Origin: an uncultured Aquificales bacterium
Lineage (GTDB): Bacteria > Thermosulfidibacterota > Thermosulfidibacteria > Thermosulfidibacterales > Thermosulfidibacteraceae
Assembly: GCA_964590075.1 (NCBI GenBank)
Contig: CAZPXS010000005.1
Coordinates: 111,114 to 175,113 of the forward strand
Direction: 5' to 3'
DNA length: 64,000 nucleotides
In this document: positions 1 to 10,537 of the stretch, one piece after another
How positions within the stretch are numbered: the stretch's first letter is position 1
Layout of the letters: each line of letters opens with the position of its first letter
Made by a program: the position numbers and the translations under genes
The notes under the pieces: model-generated
The model's database searches: none
Told to the model about the DNA's origin: nothing
What the model saw: the letters and a program-made list of their open reading frames with translations, nothing else

Positions 1-22
1 TCAGGTACCCTTATTTATAGTT

Positions 23-262
23 GTGATAGTTTCGGTGCTATTCGGTGCCCTTTTATCATCCCTATACTATCTCCTGGATTATTTAAAGCTTAAGTATAGG
101 TTGAGAGAGAAGGATAAGACTATAAAGGATTTAAACAAAAGGTTGAGTGAGTTAGAGGTTCTTATACAGAGAAAAACCGAGCAGGTTGAGAAGATGGATG
201 AAAAAAGTTCAGGGGGAGTAGTGAAGGATGAAGGTGGAACTGGAGAAAGTTTACAATCCTAA
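23..262 (+). CDS. Small membrane-anchored coiled-coil protein, FtsB/DivIC-like (septum formation initiator-like). The reading frame is open to the window edge, so the gene may start upstream.
   Basis: N-terminal hydrophobic helix (VSVLFGALLSSLYYLL) followed by a heptad-like K/E/L-rich coiled coil. GTG at 23 with no in-frame stop upstream in the window. Overlaps the valS start by 35 nt. Confidence 0.3.
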   Translation: MIVSVLFGALLSSLYYLLDYLKLKYRLREKDKTIKDLNKRLSELEVLIQRKTEQVEKMDEKSSGGVVKDEGGTGESLQS

Positions 263-2867
263 GAATGTTGAGGATAAGTGGTTAAAGTTCTGGTTAGAAA
301 GTGGCTTTTTTACAGCCGATGAGAAGGATGATGTTAGACCTACATATTCCATAGTTATTCCTCCACCTAACGTTACAGGCTCTCTACACATGGGGCATGC
401 CCTCAACGCTACACTACAGGATATACTCGTAAGGTATAAGAGGATGCAGGGTTATAACGTACTTTGGGTACCTGGTACCGATCATGCCGGTATTGCTACA
501 CAGACCGTGGTTGAGAGAGAGATAGCTAAGGAGGGTAAGACGAGATGGGACCTTGGTAGAGAGGAGTTTCTTAAGAGAGTTTGGGAATGGAAGGAAAAGT
601 ACGGTAACTACATAGTGGAACAGTTAAAGAGACTCGGTTGTTCCTGTGATTGGACGAGATTGAGATTTACGATGGATGAAGGTTTCTCCCGTGCTGTGAG
701 AGAGGTATTTGTAAGGTTATACGAGGAAGGTTTGATATATAAGGGTAGTTACATAGTAAACTGGTGTCCGAGGTGTCTTACCGCTCTCAGTGATCTCGAG
801 GTTGAGTACGAGGAGGAGGAAGGCTATCTCTGGTATATAAAGTATCCTCTGGAAGGTTCCGATGGTTTCATAACCGTTGCAACTACAAGACCGGAGACTA
901 TGCTTGGTGATACCGCAGTGGCTGTGAATCCTGAGGATGATCGTTACAGGCATCTTGTGGGGAAAAATGTGGTTTTACCCTTTGTGGATAGAAGGATACC
1001 TATAATAGCGGATAGTTACGTTGATCCGGAATTTGGCACTGGGGCGTTAAAGGTGACACCAGCCCATGACCCCTACGACTTTGAGCTTGGTAAAAAACAT
1101 AATCTCCCAGTGGTTGTTGTTATGACGACCGATGGTAGAATGAACGATAATGCCGGTAAGTTTGCTGGTCTTGATAGATACGAGGCGAGAAGAGCGATAG
1201 TAAAGGAACTCGAGGAGATGGGGTTACTTGAAAAGGTCGAACCTATAAGACACTCGGTGGGACATTGTTATAGGTGTAACACGGTAATAGAGCCCTACGT
1301 TTCCGAACAGTGGTTTGTAAAAACAAAGCCTCTTGCCGAGCCTGCTATAAGGGCTGTCGAGGATAAGAAAACGAGGATAATACCGGAGCGTTGGGAAAAA
1401 GTTTATTTTGAATGGATGAGGAATATCCGTGATTGGTGTATATCAAGACAGATATGGTGGGGACATAGGATCCCGGCTTGGTACTGTGAGGATTGTGGTA
1501 AAATAAGTGTTTCTAGGGAAGATATAGTTAAATGTCTACACTGTGGTAGTCTGAATATAAGGCAGGAGGAGGATGTACTTGATACCTGGTTTTCCTCGGC
1601 TTTGTGGCCATTCGGTACCCTCGGTTGGCCTGAGGAGACCGAACTTCTTAAAAAGTTTTACCCAACTAGTTGTTTGGTGACCGGTTTTGATATCCTCTTT
1701 TTCTGGGTAGCGAGAATGATGATGATGGGTCTGAAGTTTATGGGAGATGTTCCCTTTAGAGATGTTTATATACATGCTTTAATAAGGGATGAGCATGGTC
1801 AGAAGATGAGTAAAACAAGAGGTAATGTCATAGATCCTCTGGAGATGATGGAAAAGTATGGTACCGATGCCTTGAGGTTTACACTTACCATACTTGCTGC
1901 TCAGGGTAGGGATATAAGACTATCGGAAAAGAGGATAGAATCTTACAGGAACTTTATAAACAAGATATGGAATGCATCCCGTTTTGTCTTCATGAGTCTC
2001 GATGGTTTTGAGGAGAGGGGAATTAGTAAAGATGAGCTCAGCCTTGCGGATAGATGGATACTATCGAGGCTTAATAAGCTTAAGGATAGAGTAAAGAGGG
2101 CTCTCGATGAGTATGAGTTTGACGAGTATGCTCAGAGTATATACAACTTCTTCTGGCATGAGTTCTGTGATTGGTATATTGAGATTTCCAAACTATACCT
2201 AAAGGAAGAAGCTTCAAAGCTAAGGGTACAGAACATACTGGTTAAAGTTTTGGATGAGGTTATGAGGCTGGCCCACCCTGTGATACCCTTCATAACCGAA
2301 GAAATATGGCAGAACTTACCTATAAGGAAAGAGAGTGAATCGATATGTGTAAGTAAATTCCCAGAGGTTGAGTATGATCTTATAGATGATGAGGCCGAAA
2401 GTTCTATGGGATTGGTGATAGATTTGATCACCGCTATAAGAAACATAAAGTCGGATGTGAATATACCGATAACAAGGAAATTACCCGCTTTAATCAAGTT
2501 GGATGAGGGATTCGAGGGGATAATAGAGGAAGCTAAAGAGTACATAGTGTCTCTAGCTAACCTTAGTGAGCTTACATACGGTTACGATGTTAAGCGTCCA
2601 CCCAAGTCTGGAGTTAGAGTTGTTGGTAGGATTGAAGTTTATGTGCCTTTAGGAGATGTTATAGATGTGGATAGGGAGTTAGAGAGGTTGAAAAAGGAGT
2701 TGAGAAGGGTTGAGGAAAAACTTGAGTTCATAGATAAAAAGTTAAGTAACAGAGAGTTCGTTGAGAAGGCCCCAATGGAGGTTGTACAGAAGGAGATCGA
2801 TAGTAAACAGGAACTCGAAGCTAAGAAGAATAGACTGATTGATGCTATTAAGAGTATCAGTGAGTGA
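228..2867 (+). CDS. valS: Valyl-tRNA synthetase
   Basis: 879 aa. Class I HIGH motif (PPPNVTGSLHMGHA), KMSKS motif (KMSKTRG), editing domain, C-terminal coiled coil typical of ValRS. Confidence 0.95.
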   Translation: MKVELEKVYNPKNVEDKWLKFWLESGFFTADEKDDVRPTYSIVIPPPNVTGSLHMGHALNATLQDILVRYKRMQGYNVLWVPGTDHAGIATQTVVEREIAKEGKTRWDLGREEFLKRVWEWKEKYGNYIVEQLKRLGCSCDWTRLRFTMDEGFSRAVREVFVRLYEEGLIYKGSYIVNWCPRCLTALSDLEVEYEEEEGYLWYIKYPLEGSDGFITVATTRPETMLGDTAVAVNPEDDRYRHLVGKNVVLPFVDRRIPIIADSYVDPEFGTGALKVTPAHDPYDFELGKKHNLPVVVVMTTDGRMNDNAGKFAGLDRYEARRAIVKELEEMGLLEKVEPIRHSVGHCYRCNTVIEPYVSEQWFVKTKPLAEPAIRAVEDKKTRIIPERWEKVYFEWMRNIRDWCISRQIWWGHRIPAWYCEDCGKISVSREDIVKCLHCGSLNIRQEEDVLDTWFSSALWPFGTLGWPEETELLKKFYPTSCLVTGFDILFFWVARMMMMGLKFMGDVPFRDVYIHALIRDEHGQKMSKTRGNVIDPLEMMEKYGTDALRFTLTILAAQGRDIRLSEKRIESYRNFINKIWNASRFVFMSLDGFEERGISKDELSLADRWILSRLNKLKDRVKRALDEYEFDEYAQSIYNFFWHEFCDWYIEISKLYLKEEASKLRVQNILVKVLDEVMRLAHPVIPFITEEIWQNLPIRKESESICVSKFPEVEYDLIDDEAESSMGLVIDLITAIRNIKSDVNIPITRKLPALIKLDEGFEGIIEEAKEYIVSLANLSELTYGYDVKRPPKSGVRVVGRIEVYVPLGDVIDVDRELERLKKELRRVEEKLEFIDKKLSNREFVEKAPMEVVQKEIDSKQELEAKKNRLIDAIKSISE

Positions 2868-3879
2868 GATTTCTGCGCGATGGGGATACGATCCTAAGTT
2901 TTATCCTCTCTATGTGGGTTTGTATCCTCTCTCCTTCATCTATTCGAGTATAGTAAGGTTTAGAAACTTTCTCTATCTAAATGGCTTTTTGAAAAGGGTA
3001 AAACTGAATATACCCGTTATTTCCGTCGGTAACCTTACGATGGGTGGAACAGGTAAAACTCCATTCGTTATAGCCTGTGCTAGATATTTTAGAGGTAAGG
3101 GATTAAAGGTAGGTGTTGTTTCAAAGGGTTACGGTAGAAGGGAAAAGGGGTATAGGTTGATCTTAAGGGATGATATAAGAGATCCCTACGAGTGTTCCTT
3201 TCATTGGGGTGAGGAGGCTGTGCTCGTTGCTATGAAGGCTGATGTTCCTGTTATGGTAAGTGATATTAAGGCGGAGGGAGCTCTTTTACTACAACAGTAC
3301 GGCGTTGATATAGTTATAGTTGACGATGGTTTTCAGCACCTAAGGTTAGAAAGGGATGTTGATGTCCTTCTTGTGGATGGGATAAGGGGGTTCGGTAATA
3401 GATTGGTCTTTCCAGCTGGTCCTCTGAGGGAACCCTTAAGTTCCATTGGTAGGGCAGGCATCATAGTTATAACGAAAGAGAAGAATTACAGCCATCTTTA
3501 TGATATTGGTGGTGTTTTAAATAGGGTTCCCCTTTTCTTCTTTGAGGCGACCTATAATTTTGTCAGGGATGGTAGAAATGTGGATGAGTTACCGGAAGAG
3601 GTTTTTCTCGTTACTCAGGTTGCAAATCCATGGGGTGTGTTGAAGCTAATAAGTGACAGAGGTATCAGAGTAAAGGGTGTCAGGGTTTTCAGGGATCATA
3701 GAAAATACAATTACAGGGATTTTAAGGACCTTATGGGATTGGATGTTGTAATTACTGAAAAGGATCTACTTAATATGTCTAGGGATTTGGTAGAGGATAT
3801 AAGACCCTTTGTAATATCCATGGATGGAGATATAAGTGGCGATATCGGTAAATACCTGGAGGGACTCATTTGGCATTAG
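2839..3879 (+). CDS. lpxK: Tetraacyldisaccharide 4'-kinase (lipid A biosynthesis)
   Basis: P-loop VGNLTMGGTGKTPFV and an N-terminal membrane anchor like E. coli LpxK. Overlaps the valS stop by 29 nt. Confidence 0.85.
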   Translation: MMLLRVSVSEISARWGYDPKFYPLYVGLYPLSFIYSSIVRFRNFLYLNGFLKRVKLNIPVISVGNLTMGGTGKTPFVIACARYFRGKGLKVGVVSKGYGRREKGYRLILRDDIRDPYECSFHWGEEAVLVAMKADVPVMVSDIKAEGALLLQQYGVDIVIVDDGFQHLRLERDVDVLLVDGIRGFGNRLVFPAGPLREPLSSIGRAGIIVITKEKNYSHLYDIGGVLNRVPLFFFEATYNFVRDGRNVDELPEEVFLVTQVANPWGVLKLISDRGIRVKGVRVFRDHRKYNYRDFKDLMGLDVVITEKDLLNMSRDLVEDIRPFVISMDGDISGDIGKYLEGLIWH

Positions 3880-5750
3880 ATAGGGAAAAGATACTCACTA
3901 AATATAGGGAAAGGCTGGTAGTCTTTAAAAGGGTAGTATCCTTTCTTATCCTGGTTTTAATTATCACTGCCTTTTATCTCCAGGTTGTAAGGGGTAACTA
4001 CTATTACGATCTTTCCTTTAAAAATAGTGTTAGGATTTATCCTATATTTGGTTCAAGGGGGATAATCTACGATAGGGATGGCAACATCCTGGCCGATAAT
4101 TTTCCAACCCACGACCTCTATATAATAGGTGAGTATATCTTAAAGGAGTACAGAGAGTGTAACAGGGATGTTACAAAGCTAAAGGTTTACAGGTTTCTGG
4201 TGGATGAGCTGAAGTTGGATCCTAATAGTGTTAAGGAGAAGTTAGAGGAAGCTCTGGAGAATCCCTATCAGCCTGTACTTATAGGTAAGGACATTGAAGA
4301 TTGGATGGTTGCGAAGGTAGAGGCCCTAAACTGGAGTATCCCGGGATTATATACGGAAGTGGGTGAAAAGAGGTATTATCCCTATGGTCCATTATTCTCG
4401 CACGTTCTTGGTTACGTAGGTGAAGCGAATAAGGATGAGGTGGCAAGTTTAACCTATCTACCGGGTGAGTTTGTAGGTAGGGATGGTATCGAGAGGGTTT
4501 ACGAGACCTATCTAAGGGGTATAGGTGGTTGGGAACAATGGGAGGTTGACGCGGTAGGCAGAAGGGTGAGACTCTTAAGAAAAGCCATACCAACAAAGGG
4601 AAACGATCTATACACATCTCTTCTACTACCACTACAACAGAAGGCAATGGAACTTATGGGTAACCATAGTGGCGCGGTGGTTGCTATGGATCCCAATACG
4701 GGTGAGATACTATGTTACTATAGTAGTCCCACCTTTGATCCCAATGCCTTCACAAGGGGTATAAAGAAGTCCGATTGGGATAGGTTAATAAACGATCCCG
4801 GTAAGCCTTTGATAGATAGAGTAAGATACGGTTTATACCCGCCAGGTTCAACCTTTAAGATGACTATGTTACTTGCTGGCTTGATGGAGGGTAAGATAGA
4901 TCAGAATACCTCAGTTACCTGTACCGGAAAGATCTTCTTTGGTAACAGGGATTTTAGGTGCTGGAAAAAGGAAGGGCATGGTGTGGTGAGTCTATACAGG
5001 GCTCTCGTTGAGTCCTGTGATATCTACTTTTATCAGCTAGGTATCAAACTCGGAGTAGATACTATAGAAAAGTACGCGAGGATAGTAGGTTACGGTCAAA
5101 AAACCGGAATAGATATGCCCTCTGAAGCGACAGGTTTAGTTCCAAACAGGGATTGGAAATACAAAGCGTTTAAGCAACCATGGTACCCTGGGGAGACTCT
5201 TCCTTTATCGATAGGACAGGGTTATATGAGAGTTACACCTTTACAACAACTCGTTATGGTATCCTTTTTTGCGAACGGAGGTTACATAGTCCAGCCCCAT
5301 ATCAGAAAGGATATAAACCCCACTGTTATAAAGGTTGATATTCCAAAATCTTACATGGATTTGATAAGAAACGCTATGCTCGGAGTTGTTGAGGATCGGA
5401 GAGGTACAGCCCACGCTACGGTTAAGGTTAAGGATGTATTGATAGCAGGAAAGACAGGTACCGCTCAGGTTGTGGGTAGGGATATAGAGGAAAGGTATAA
5501 GGCTGGTAAACGCATATCTCGCCGGGAATACAGGGAGCATGGTTGGTTTGTAGCCTTCGCACCATTCGATAAGCCACTTATCGCAGTCTCCGTGGTTGTG
5601 GAGCATGGTGGTCATGGTTCTAGTAGTGCCGGGCCAATTGCCAAGGGGATAATTTTGGAGTATCTGAAGTATAAGGGTATTATTTCGGTTTCAGAGGAGA
5701 AAGGAATAGATGAGAGAGGTTTCGATAAACTCAACCTACCACAGGATTAA
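3870..5750 (+). CDS. mrdA: Penicillin-binding protein 2 (elongasome transpeptidase)
   Basis: 626 aa. N-terminal TM, PBP dimerisation region, SxxK (GSTFK), SCD/SxN and KTGT motifs. Start is a TTG at 3870 overlapping the lpxK stop. Confidence 0.85.
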   Translation: MALDREKILTKYRERLVVFKRVVSFLILVLIITAFYLQVVRGNYYYDLSFKNSVRIYPIFGSRGIIYDRDGNILADNFPTHDLYIIGEYILKEYRECNRDVTKLKVYRFLVDELKLDPNSVKEKLEEALENPYQPVLIGKDIEDWMVAKVEALNWSIPGLYTEVGEKRYYPYGPLFSHVLGYVGEANKDEVASLTYLPGEFVGRDGIERVYETYLRGIGGWEQWEVDAVGRRVRLLRKAIPTKGNDLYTSLLLPLQQKAMELMGNHSGAVVAMDPNTGEILCYYSSPTFDPNAFTRGIKKSDWDRLINDPGKPLIDRVRYGLYPPGSTFKMTMLLAGLMEGKIDQNTSVTCTGKIFFGNRDFRCWKKEGHGVVSLYRALVESCDIYFYQLGIKLGVDTIEKYARIVGYGQKTGIDMPSEATGLVPNRDWKYKAFKQPWYPGETLPLSIGQGYMRVTPLQQLVMVSFFANGGYIVQPHIRKDINPTVIKVDIPKSYMDLIRNAMLGVVEDRRGTAHATVKVKDVLIAGKTGTAQVVGRDIEERYKAGKRISRREYREHGWFVAFAPFDKPLIAVSVVVEHGGHGSSSAGPIAKGIILEYLKYKGIISVSEEKGIDERGFDKLNLPQD

Positions 5751-6798
5751 CTGGAGGCTGGTTCTACCGGTTTTGATAATATCCCTCATAGGGTTGTTGA
5801 CTCTTGCGAGTTTAAGTGATGGTCTTTACTATTTTAAGAGACAACTCATCTGGCATATCTTGGGATGCTTCGTATTTATAACCACAGTCCGATTTGTCAC
5901 CTACTCTAAATTGAAGGATAATACCATATTCTATTATCTTATCTGTCTTATTCTGCTACTACTTGTTCTTATAGTGGGAAAGACCGGTAAAGGTGCCCAA
6001 AGGTGGATATCTATAGGTCCTTTGTCCTTACAGCCATCAGAACTTGCTAAAGTCGCACTTGTACTCATCAATTCTAATATCCTAACTCTGTATCATGAGG
6101 TTAAGAAAATACCCTTACCTTTCAAAGAGTTCTTTTTAGCCTCTATACCCACCCTACTTTACTTTCTTATAACCCTTGTTCAGCCGGATCTCGGTACCGC
6201 TCTTATGTTTTGCTTCATAACCGCTACCATGTTTCTATTCGCGGGTGTGAAGAAGAGGGTTTTACTTTTGGTTTTGGTTTTAAGCTTGGTGGCTTCTTAC
6301 GGTGGTTGGCATTTCCTAAAACCATATCAGAAAAACAGGATCTTAGCCTTTATAGATCCCTATCAGGATCCTCAGGGTATAGGCTATCACGTTATACAGT
6401 CCAAGATAGCGATAGGCTCAGGCAAATTCCTCGGCAAGGGTTTTAAAGGAGGTACCCAGAGTAAGCTCAACTTCGTACCTGAAAAACACACGGATTTTAT
6501 ATTCGCTTCCTTTGCTGAGGAGTGGGGTTTTGTTGGTGTTACGATTCTCCTTTTGTTGTATGGTTTTTTCCTCAGTGAGGTCATAGAACTATTCAAGAAT
6601 ACTAAGAGTCTCTTTAGTATGTACGTTTCCGTCGGTATAGTGAGTATATTCTTATGGCATGTTTTTATAAACGTTGGCATGAATATGGGTATACTACCTG
6701 TGGTTGGTGTTCCACTCCCCTTCATGAGCTACGGAGGAACTAGTATAATAATGGGCTATGTTTCTCTAGCTGTACTCAATATAGTTTCGAGGTCTTAG
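5710..6798 (+). CDS. rodA: Rod shape-determining protein RodA (SEDS family)
   Basis: 362 aa polytopic membrane protein with FtsW/RodA/SpoVE signature regions (DLGTALM, PEKHTDFIFA). Sits immediately after mrdA with a 41-nt overlap. Confidence 0.85.
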   Translation: MREVSINSTYHRINWRLVLPVLIISLIGLLTLASLSDGLYYFKRQLIWHILGCFVFITTVRFVTYSKLKDNTIFYYLICLILLLLVLIVGKTGKGAQRWISIGPLSLQPSELAKVALVLINSNILTLYHEVKKIPLPFKEFFLASIPTLLYFLITLVQPDLGTALMFCFITATMFLFAGVKKRVLLLVLVLSLVASYGGWHFLKPYQKNRILAFIDPYQDPQGIGYHVIQSKIAIGSGKFLGKGFKGGTQSKLNFVPEKHTDFIFASFAEEWGFVGVTILLLLYGFFLSEVIELFKNTKSLFSMYVSVGIVSIFLWHVFINVGMNMGILPVVGVPLPFMSYGGTSIIMGYVSLAVLNIVSRS

Positions 6799-6799
6799 T

Positions 6800-7672
6800 A
6801 TGGTGAGGGAGGTTGTTCTAGTCTCTTCATCACCGAGAAGGAGTGAACTTTTAAGAAGGATAGTCCCCTTTTTTAAGGTAGTTAAACCTAACTTTGACGA
6901 TGAATCCCATAGTTCATCACCTATTGATAATGCGATTAAAAAGTTAGGTAGTGTTGAGAGAAGGGAGGGAACTATCTATATTTCTGCCGATACGGCCGTT
7001 ATTGTCGATGGTATGATCCTTGGGAAACCTAACGATAGAGAGGATGCGAGGAGGATGCTTAATTTACTTTCGGGAAGATGGCATATAGTTGAGACGGCGG
7101 TGGTAGTCAGTTTGAACGATTTGACTTTAAAGGAAGTTGTGAGAAGCGAGGTCAGATTTAGGGAGCTTATGGAGGATGAGATCGAGTTTTATCTCGACAC
7201 TGATGAACCTTACGATAAGGCCGGAGCCTATGGAATTCAGGGGTTTGCCGAGGTTTTTGTTAGTGAGCTTAGAGGTTCCTACAGTAATGTGGTTGGGTTG
7301 CCACTAGAGGCTACCTATAGGTTGTTAAGGAAAGTAGGGTATAGGCCTTTTAGGTATACAACTCTAGGTGAGTTTGCGGATATCGTGAGAAGCAAAAATG
7401 CTGGTCCCTTTATGTTAACCTTCGATATAATGTTTAGCGATTGGGATAGATACGTCTATTTTAAAGAGGGTAATTTTGTAAGTGTAGAGAGTTTTTGCGA
7501 ATACATGGGAATACCTTTGGAGGATGTGATAGTTTTCGAGTACTACGATAGTGCTCAGGCTTTGAAGATAACGGTGAAGAGGAACCCTCCATCGGGAAGT
7601 ATCTACGATGATGATATATACGGTGCAACGAGTTATGTGAAACTACTTAAGTATCCCATACCATTGGTCTGA
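6800..7672 (+). CDS. maf: Maf-like nucleoside triphosphate pyrophosphatase with an unusual ~95-aa C-terminal extension
   Basis: The N-terminal ~190 aa matches Maf/YhdE (VLVSSSPRRSELL ... GLPLEATYRLL). A continuous frame then adds a domain of unknown function with no stop in between. Confidence 0.75.
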   Translation: MVREVVLVSSSPRRSELLRRIVPFFKVVKPNFDDESHSSSPIDNAIKKLGSVERREGTIYISADTAVIVDGMILGKPNDREDARRMLNLLSGRWHIVETAVVVSLNDLTLKEVVRSEVRFRELMEDEIEFYLDTDEPYDKAGAYGIQGFAEVFVSELRGSYSNVVGLPLEATYRLLRKVGYRPFRYTTLGEFADIVRSKNAGPFMLTFDIMFSDWDRYVYFKEGNFVSVESFCEYMGIPLEDVIVFEYYDSAQALKITVKRNPPSGSIYDDDIYGATSYVKLLKYPIPLV

Positions 7673-7675
7673 GGC

Positions 7676-8722
7676 ATGCCGAGTTTAGACAGGGATAACT
7701 TGATACTTGCTCTTTCTGAAAGCTTTATAAGCTGGACTACCTTTTGGAAGATTGTGGATAGAGTGGAACTTGAGGATCTACCCAAAAAACTGGATTATCT
7801 AGAAAGTCTTGGTGTGATAAGAAAAAATACGTACAGGATTCTTTCGAGTATAGATTGGTCGAAGGATAGGAAGGGTGAGCTTGAGAAGAGAGGTATTGGC
7901 TACATAACCTTTTACGATCCCAACTACCCTTCAAAGCTCAATAGAATAAAACACCCTCCCTATGTTATCTTTTATAGGGGTAACGTAGAGCTACTTAAGT
8001 TACCGATGGTCGGTATAGTTGGTTCGAGAAAGGCTACCAAACTAGGTAGGGAATTTACCAGGGATGAGGCATCTAATATAGCCAGCAAAGGTTACGTTGT
8101 TGTGAGTGGGTTTGCGCAGGGTATAGATACTGAGGCACATGAGGGGGCTCTGATTTCTGGAAAGACCGTAGCCTGCTTTGGCACTAGTTGCGATGATGTA
8201 TATCCAAGGCAGAATTTTAGGCTCTACGATAGGATGTTGAGTTCCGGTAATCTAGTCATCTCGCCCTTTTATAGATCCTTGAGTCGAAAGTTTGTGTTTC
8301 CATTGAGAAATAGCATTATAAGCGCCCTTTCCGATTATCTTGTTGTAGTGGAAGCCGGTGAAAAAAGTGGAGCTATGATCACCGCTTTCTATGCCTTTGA
8401 GATGGGTGTACCCGTGTATGCTGTGCCTGGTAAACCATGGGATCCATCATCGAAGGGTACAAACAGGTTGATAAAGATGGGAGCAAGGCTATACGAAAGT
8501 TACAGGGACCTCGGTATAGAGGATACCGAAAACCTTGTGGTTAAAGGGAAATATGACAATTATCCAAGGGATTTACCTAATGGGACCTTTACGGTTGAGG
8601 ATTACGCGGATATCAGGGGTATTGAAGTTGAGGAGGCTCAGGTTATACTTATGGAGTTAGAGTTGATGGGTTTTGTTACGAAGGTCGCTCCAGGTATATA
8701 TATGGCTACCGATAGAGGTTAG
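7676..8722 (+). CDS. dprA: DNA processing protein DprA/Smf
   Basis: Rossmann-like DprA core (VGIVGSRKATKLG ... VVSGFAQGIDTEAH) plus a C-terminal winged-helix-like tail. Confidence 0.85.
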   Translation: MPSLDRDNLILALSESFISWTTFWKIVDRVELEDLPKKLDYLESLGVIRKNTYRILSSIDWSKDRKGELEKRGIGYITFYDPNYPSKLNRIKHPPYVIFYRGNVELLKLPMVGIVGSRKATKLGREFTRDEASNIASKGYVVVSGFAQGIDTEAHEGALISGKTVACFGTSCDDVYPRQNFRLYDRMLSSGNLVISPFYRSLSRKFVFPLRNSIISALSDYLVVVEAGEKSGAMITAFYAFEMGVPVYAVPGKPWDPSSKGTNRLIKMGARLYESYRDLGIEDTENLVVKGKYDNYPRDLPNGTFTVEDYADIRGIEVEEAQVILMELELMGFVTKVAPGIYMATDRG

Positions 8723-8727
8723 TTTGG

Positions 8728-10353
8728 ATGATCGCTGAGTTAAATATAAGAAACTTTGGTATAATAGATAGGGTAAGGGTTGAGTTTGGCGAAGGTTTCA
8801 ATGTTATCACAGGGGAGACGGGTAGTGGGAAATCCCTTCTAATAAAGTCTATACCCTTTCTATTTGGTCTTCAAAAGGGAGAATCAACAGGTGGCGAAAC
8901 TGTTATCGAGGCTGTTTTTAGGGAAGTTGCTGGTGAGGTTAAATCTCTACTTGAAGAGCACGGTGTATCCTTTGAGGATGAAGTTATAGTAAGGAGAGTT
9001 GTATCTTCGGGACGATCACGTTTTTATATCAACGACCAGTTGGTAACTCTAAACCTTATGAAAAACCTATTTCCGTATCTTGTAGAAGTACAGGCCCAGA
9101 GGGAATCGCTATCCCTCTTTAATAGACGGAAGTTACTTAACCTTTATGATGAGTTTTGCGGGTTGATCGAAAAGAGAAGGGATTACGAGAGGTTGTATTT
9201 CGATTATATTAGAAGGAAGGAGGAGCTAGAATCTCTGTTAGAGGAGAAGGATAAAATCTATGAGGAGATTTCAAGGTTAAGGGATTTTGTGAGAGAGATT
9301 GAAGAAAGTGGAATACTGGAAGTCGATGAGGAGGAGTTAAAGAGGGAGAGGGAATTACTCGTAAATGCCGAGAGGATCAAATCGGCCTTAAAGAGAGTTT
9401 TGGTGGTTCTATCCGATTCGGAAGTTTCTATCTTTTCACTGGTAAGAGAGGCTATAGGTGGTCTCAGATCGATACAGGGTGTATTTGAGAAGGCGGGAGG
9501 TTATCTCGATATTCTCGATAGGGTTTTGGAATATCTAAAGGAGTTGGAACTATCCATATCGTCCGATTTTGACAGGATAATCTACGACGAGGATAGATTA
9601 AACAGGATCGAAGAGATACTGTGGAACTCGGATAGGATAAGGAGAAAGTACTCTCTTGTATGCGATGAGTTAAAGAGAGAGTATGAGTCTGTAAAACGGA
9701 GACTTATAGAACTTGAGCAAAAGGTCACCGGTTTTGAGGATTTAAAGAGGGAGTTAGAGGAGATTAGAAAATATCTTTTGGAACTTGCAAATAGTCTTTC
9801 CGAGGAGAGAAAAAGGAGAAAGGCTGAGTTTGAGGATAGTATTATAGGTTACCTGGAGACAATGGGGTTTAAAGAGCCAAAGGTTGAGGTTTTATTTGAA
9901 ACCCTCGATGAGCCTAGTATTGGGGGTTTAGATGCTATAAGTTTACTCTTTTCTGCTAATCCTGGTAGTAATCTATACCCTGTTGAGAGGGTGGCATCGG
10001 GTGGTGAGCTATCAAGGCTAATGTTAGCTCTATATCTCGTGGTAAAAAGGAGAGGTGGTGCGACGCTTATCCTTGATGAGATAGATACTGGGATAGGAGG
10101 TTATACCGCTAGGGTAATAGGTGAGCTCTTATCCAACCTATCCCAGTCAAACCAGATTATAGTCGTTACCCATTTTCCACAGATAGCCCAATATGGACAC
10201 AATCATTTTGTGGTTGAAAAGACTTTAAAAGATGGTAAGGTTTATGTTATAGTAAATAAATTAGAGGGTTTAGAAAGGGAAATGGAGCTAAAACGAATGG
10301 TTGGAGAAATAAAAAACACTGTTATGGAAGGTGGAGATGGTGGCTATAGATAA
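8728..10353 (+). CDS. recN: DNA repair protein RecN
   Basis: 541 aa SMC-like protein. N-terminal Walker A (GETGSGKSLLI), long coiled coil, and C-terminal signature/Walker B (ASGGELSRLMLAL ... LILDEIDTGIGG). Confidence 0.9.
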   Translation: MIAELNIRNFGIIDRVRVEFGEGFNVITGETGSGKSLLIKSIPFLFGLQKGESTGGETVIEAVFREVAGEVKSLLEEHGVSFEDEVIVRRVVSSGRSRFYINDQLVTLNLMKNLFPYLVEVQAQRESLSLFNRRKLLNLYDEFCGLIEKRRDYERLYFDYIRRKEELESLLEEKDKIYEEISRLRDFVREIEESGILEVDEEELKRERELLVNAERIKSALKRVLVVLSDSEVSIFSLVREAIGGLRSIQGVFEKAGGYLDILDRVLEYLKELELSISSDFDRIIYDEDRLNRIEEILWNSDRIRRKYSLVCDELKREYESVKRRLIELEQKVTGFEDLKRELEEIRKYLLELANSLSEERKRRKAEFEDSIIGYLETMGFKEPKVEVLFETLDEPSIGGLDAISLLFSANPGSNLYPVERVASGGELSRLMLALYLVVKRRGGATLILDEIDTGIGGYTARVIGELLSNLSQSNQIIVVTHFPQIAQYGHNHFVVEKTLKDGKVYVIVNKLEGLEREMELKRMVGEIKNTVMEGGDGGYR

Positions 10354-10537
10354 GGAAAAGTGTAAGAGTTGTGGCTTGTGTGTAGCCTTTTGTCCGAGAA
10401 AGATATTGGTTTTAAGTGAGAACGATACGAATAGTCAGGGATACCTCTACTCGATATGTATCTCTCAAGAGGAATGCATATCCTGTGGTTTCTGCGCCGA
10501 TATGTGTCCAGATGTTTGTATAGAGGTGTATAGATGA
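10331..10537 (+). CDS. 2x[4Fe-4S] ferredoxin, delta-subunit-like of a 2-oxoacid:ferredoxin oxidoreductase
   Basis: 68 aa with two CxxCxxCxxxCP motifs (CKSCGLCVAFCP; CISCGFCADMCP). Its 4-nt overlap with the downstream alpha-like gene suggests translational coupling. Confidence 0.6.
   Translation: MEMVAIDKEKCKSCGLCVAFCPRKILVLSENDTNSQGYLYSICISQEECISCGFCADMCPDVCIEVYR

Noticed and set aside
3870-3872. ORF-track start codons shown as M at 23, 3870, 14242, 22*** sites, 37728, 45552, 54803, 54838, 59072 and others
   Set aside because: These are GTG/TTG codons translated as M by the track. Where an ATG or TTG with proper RBS spacing exists downstream, I moved the start. This is a coordinate correction, not a feature.
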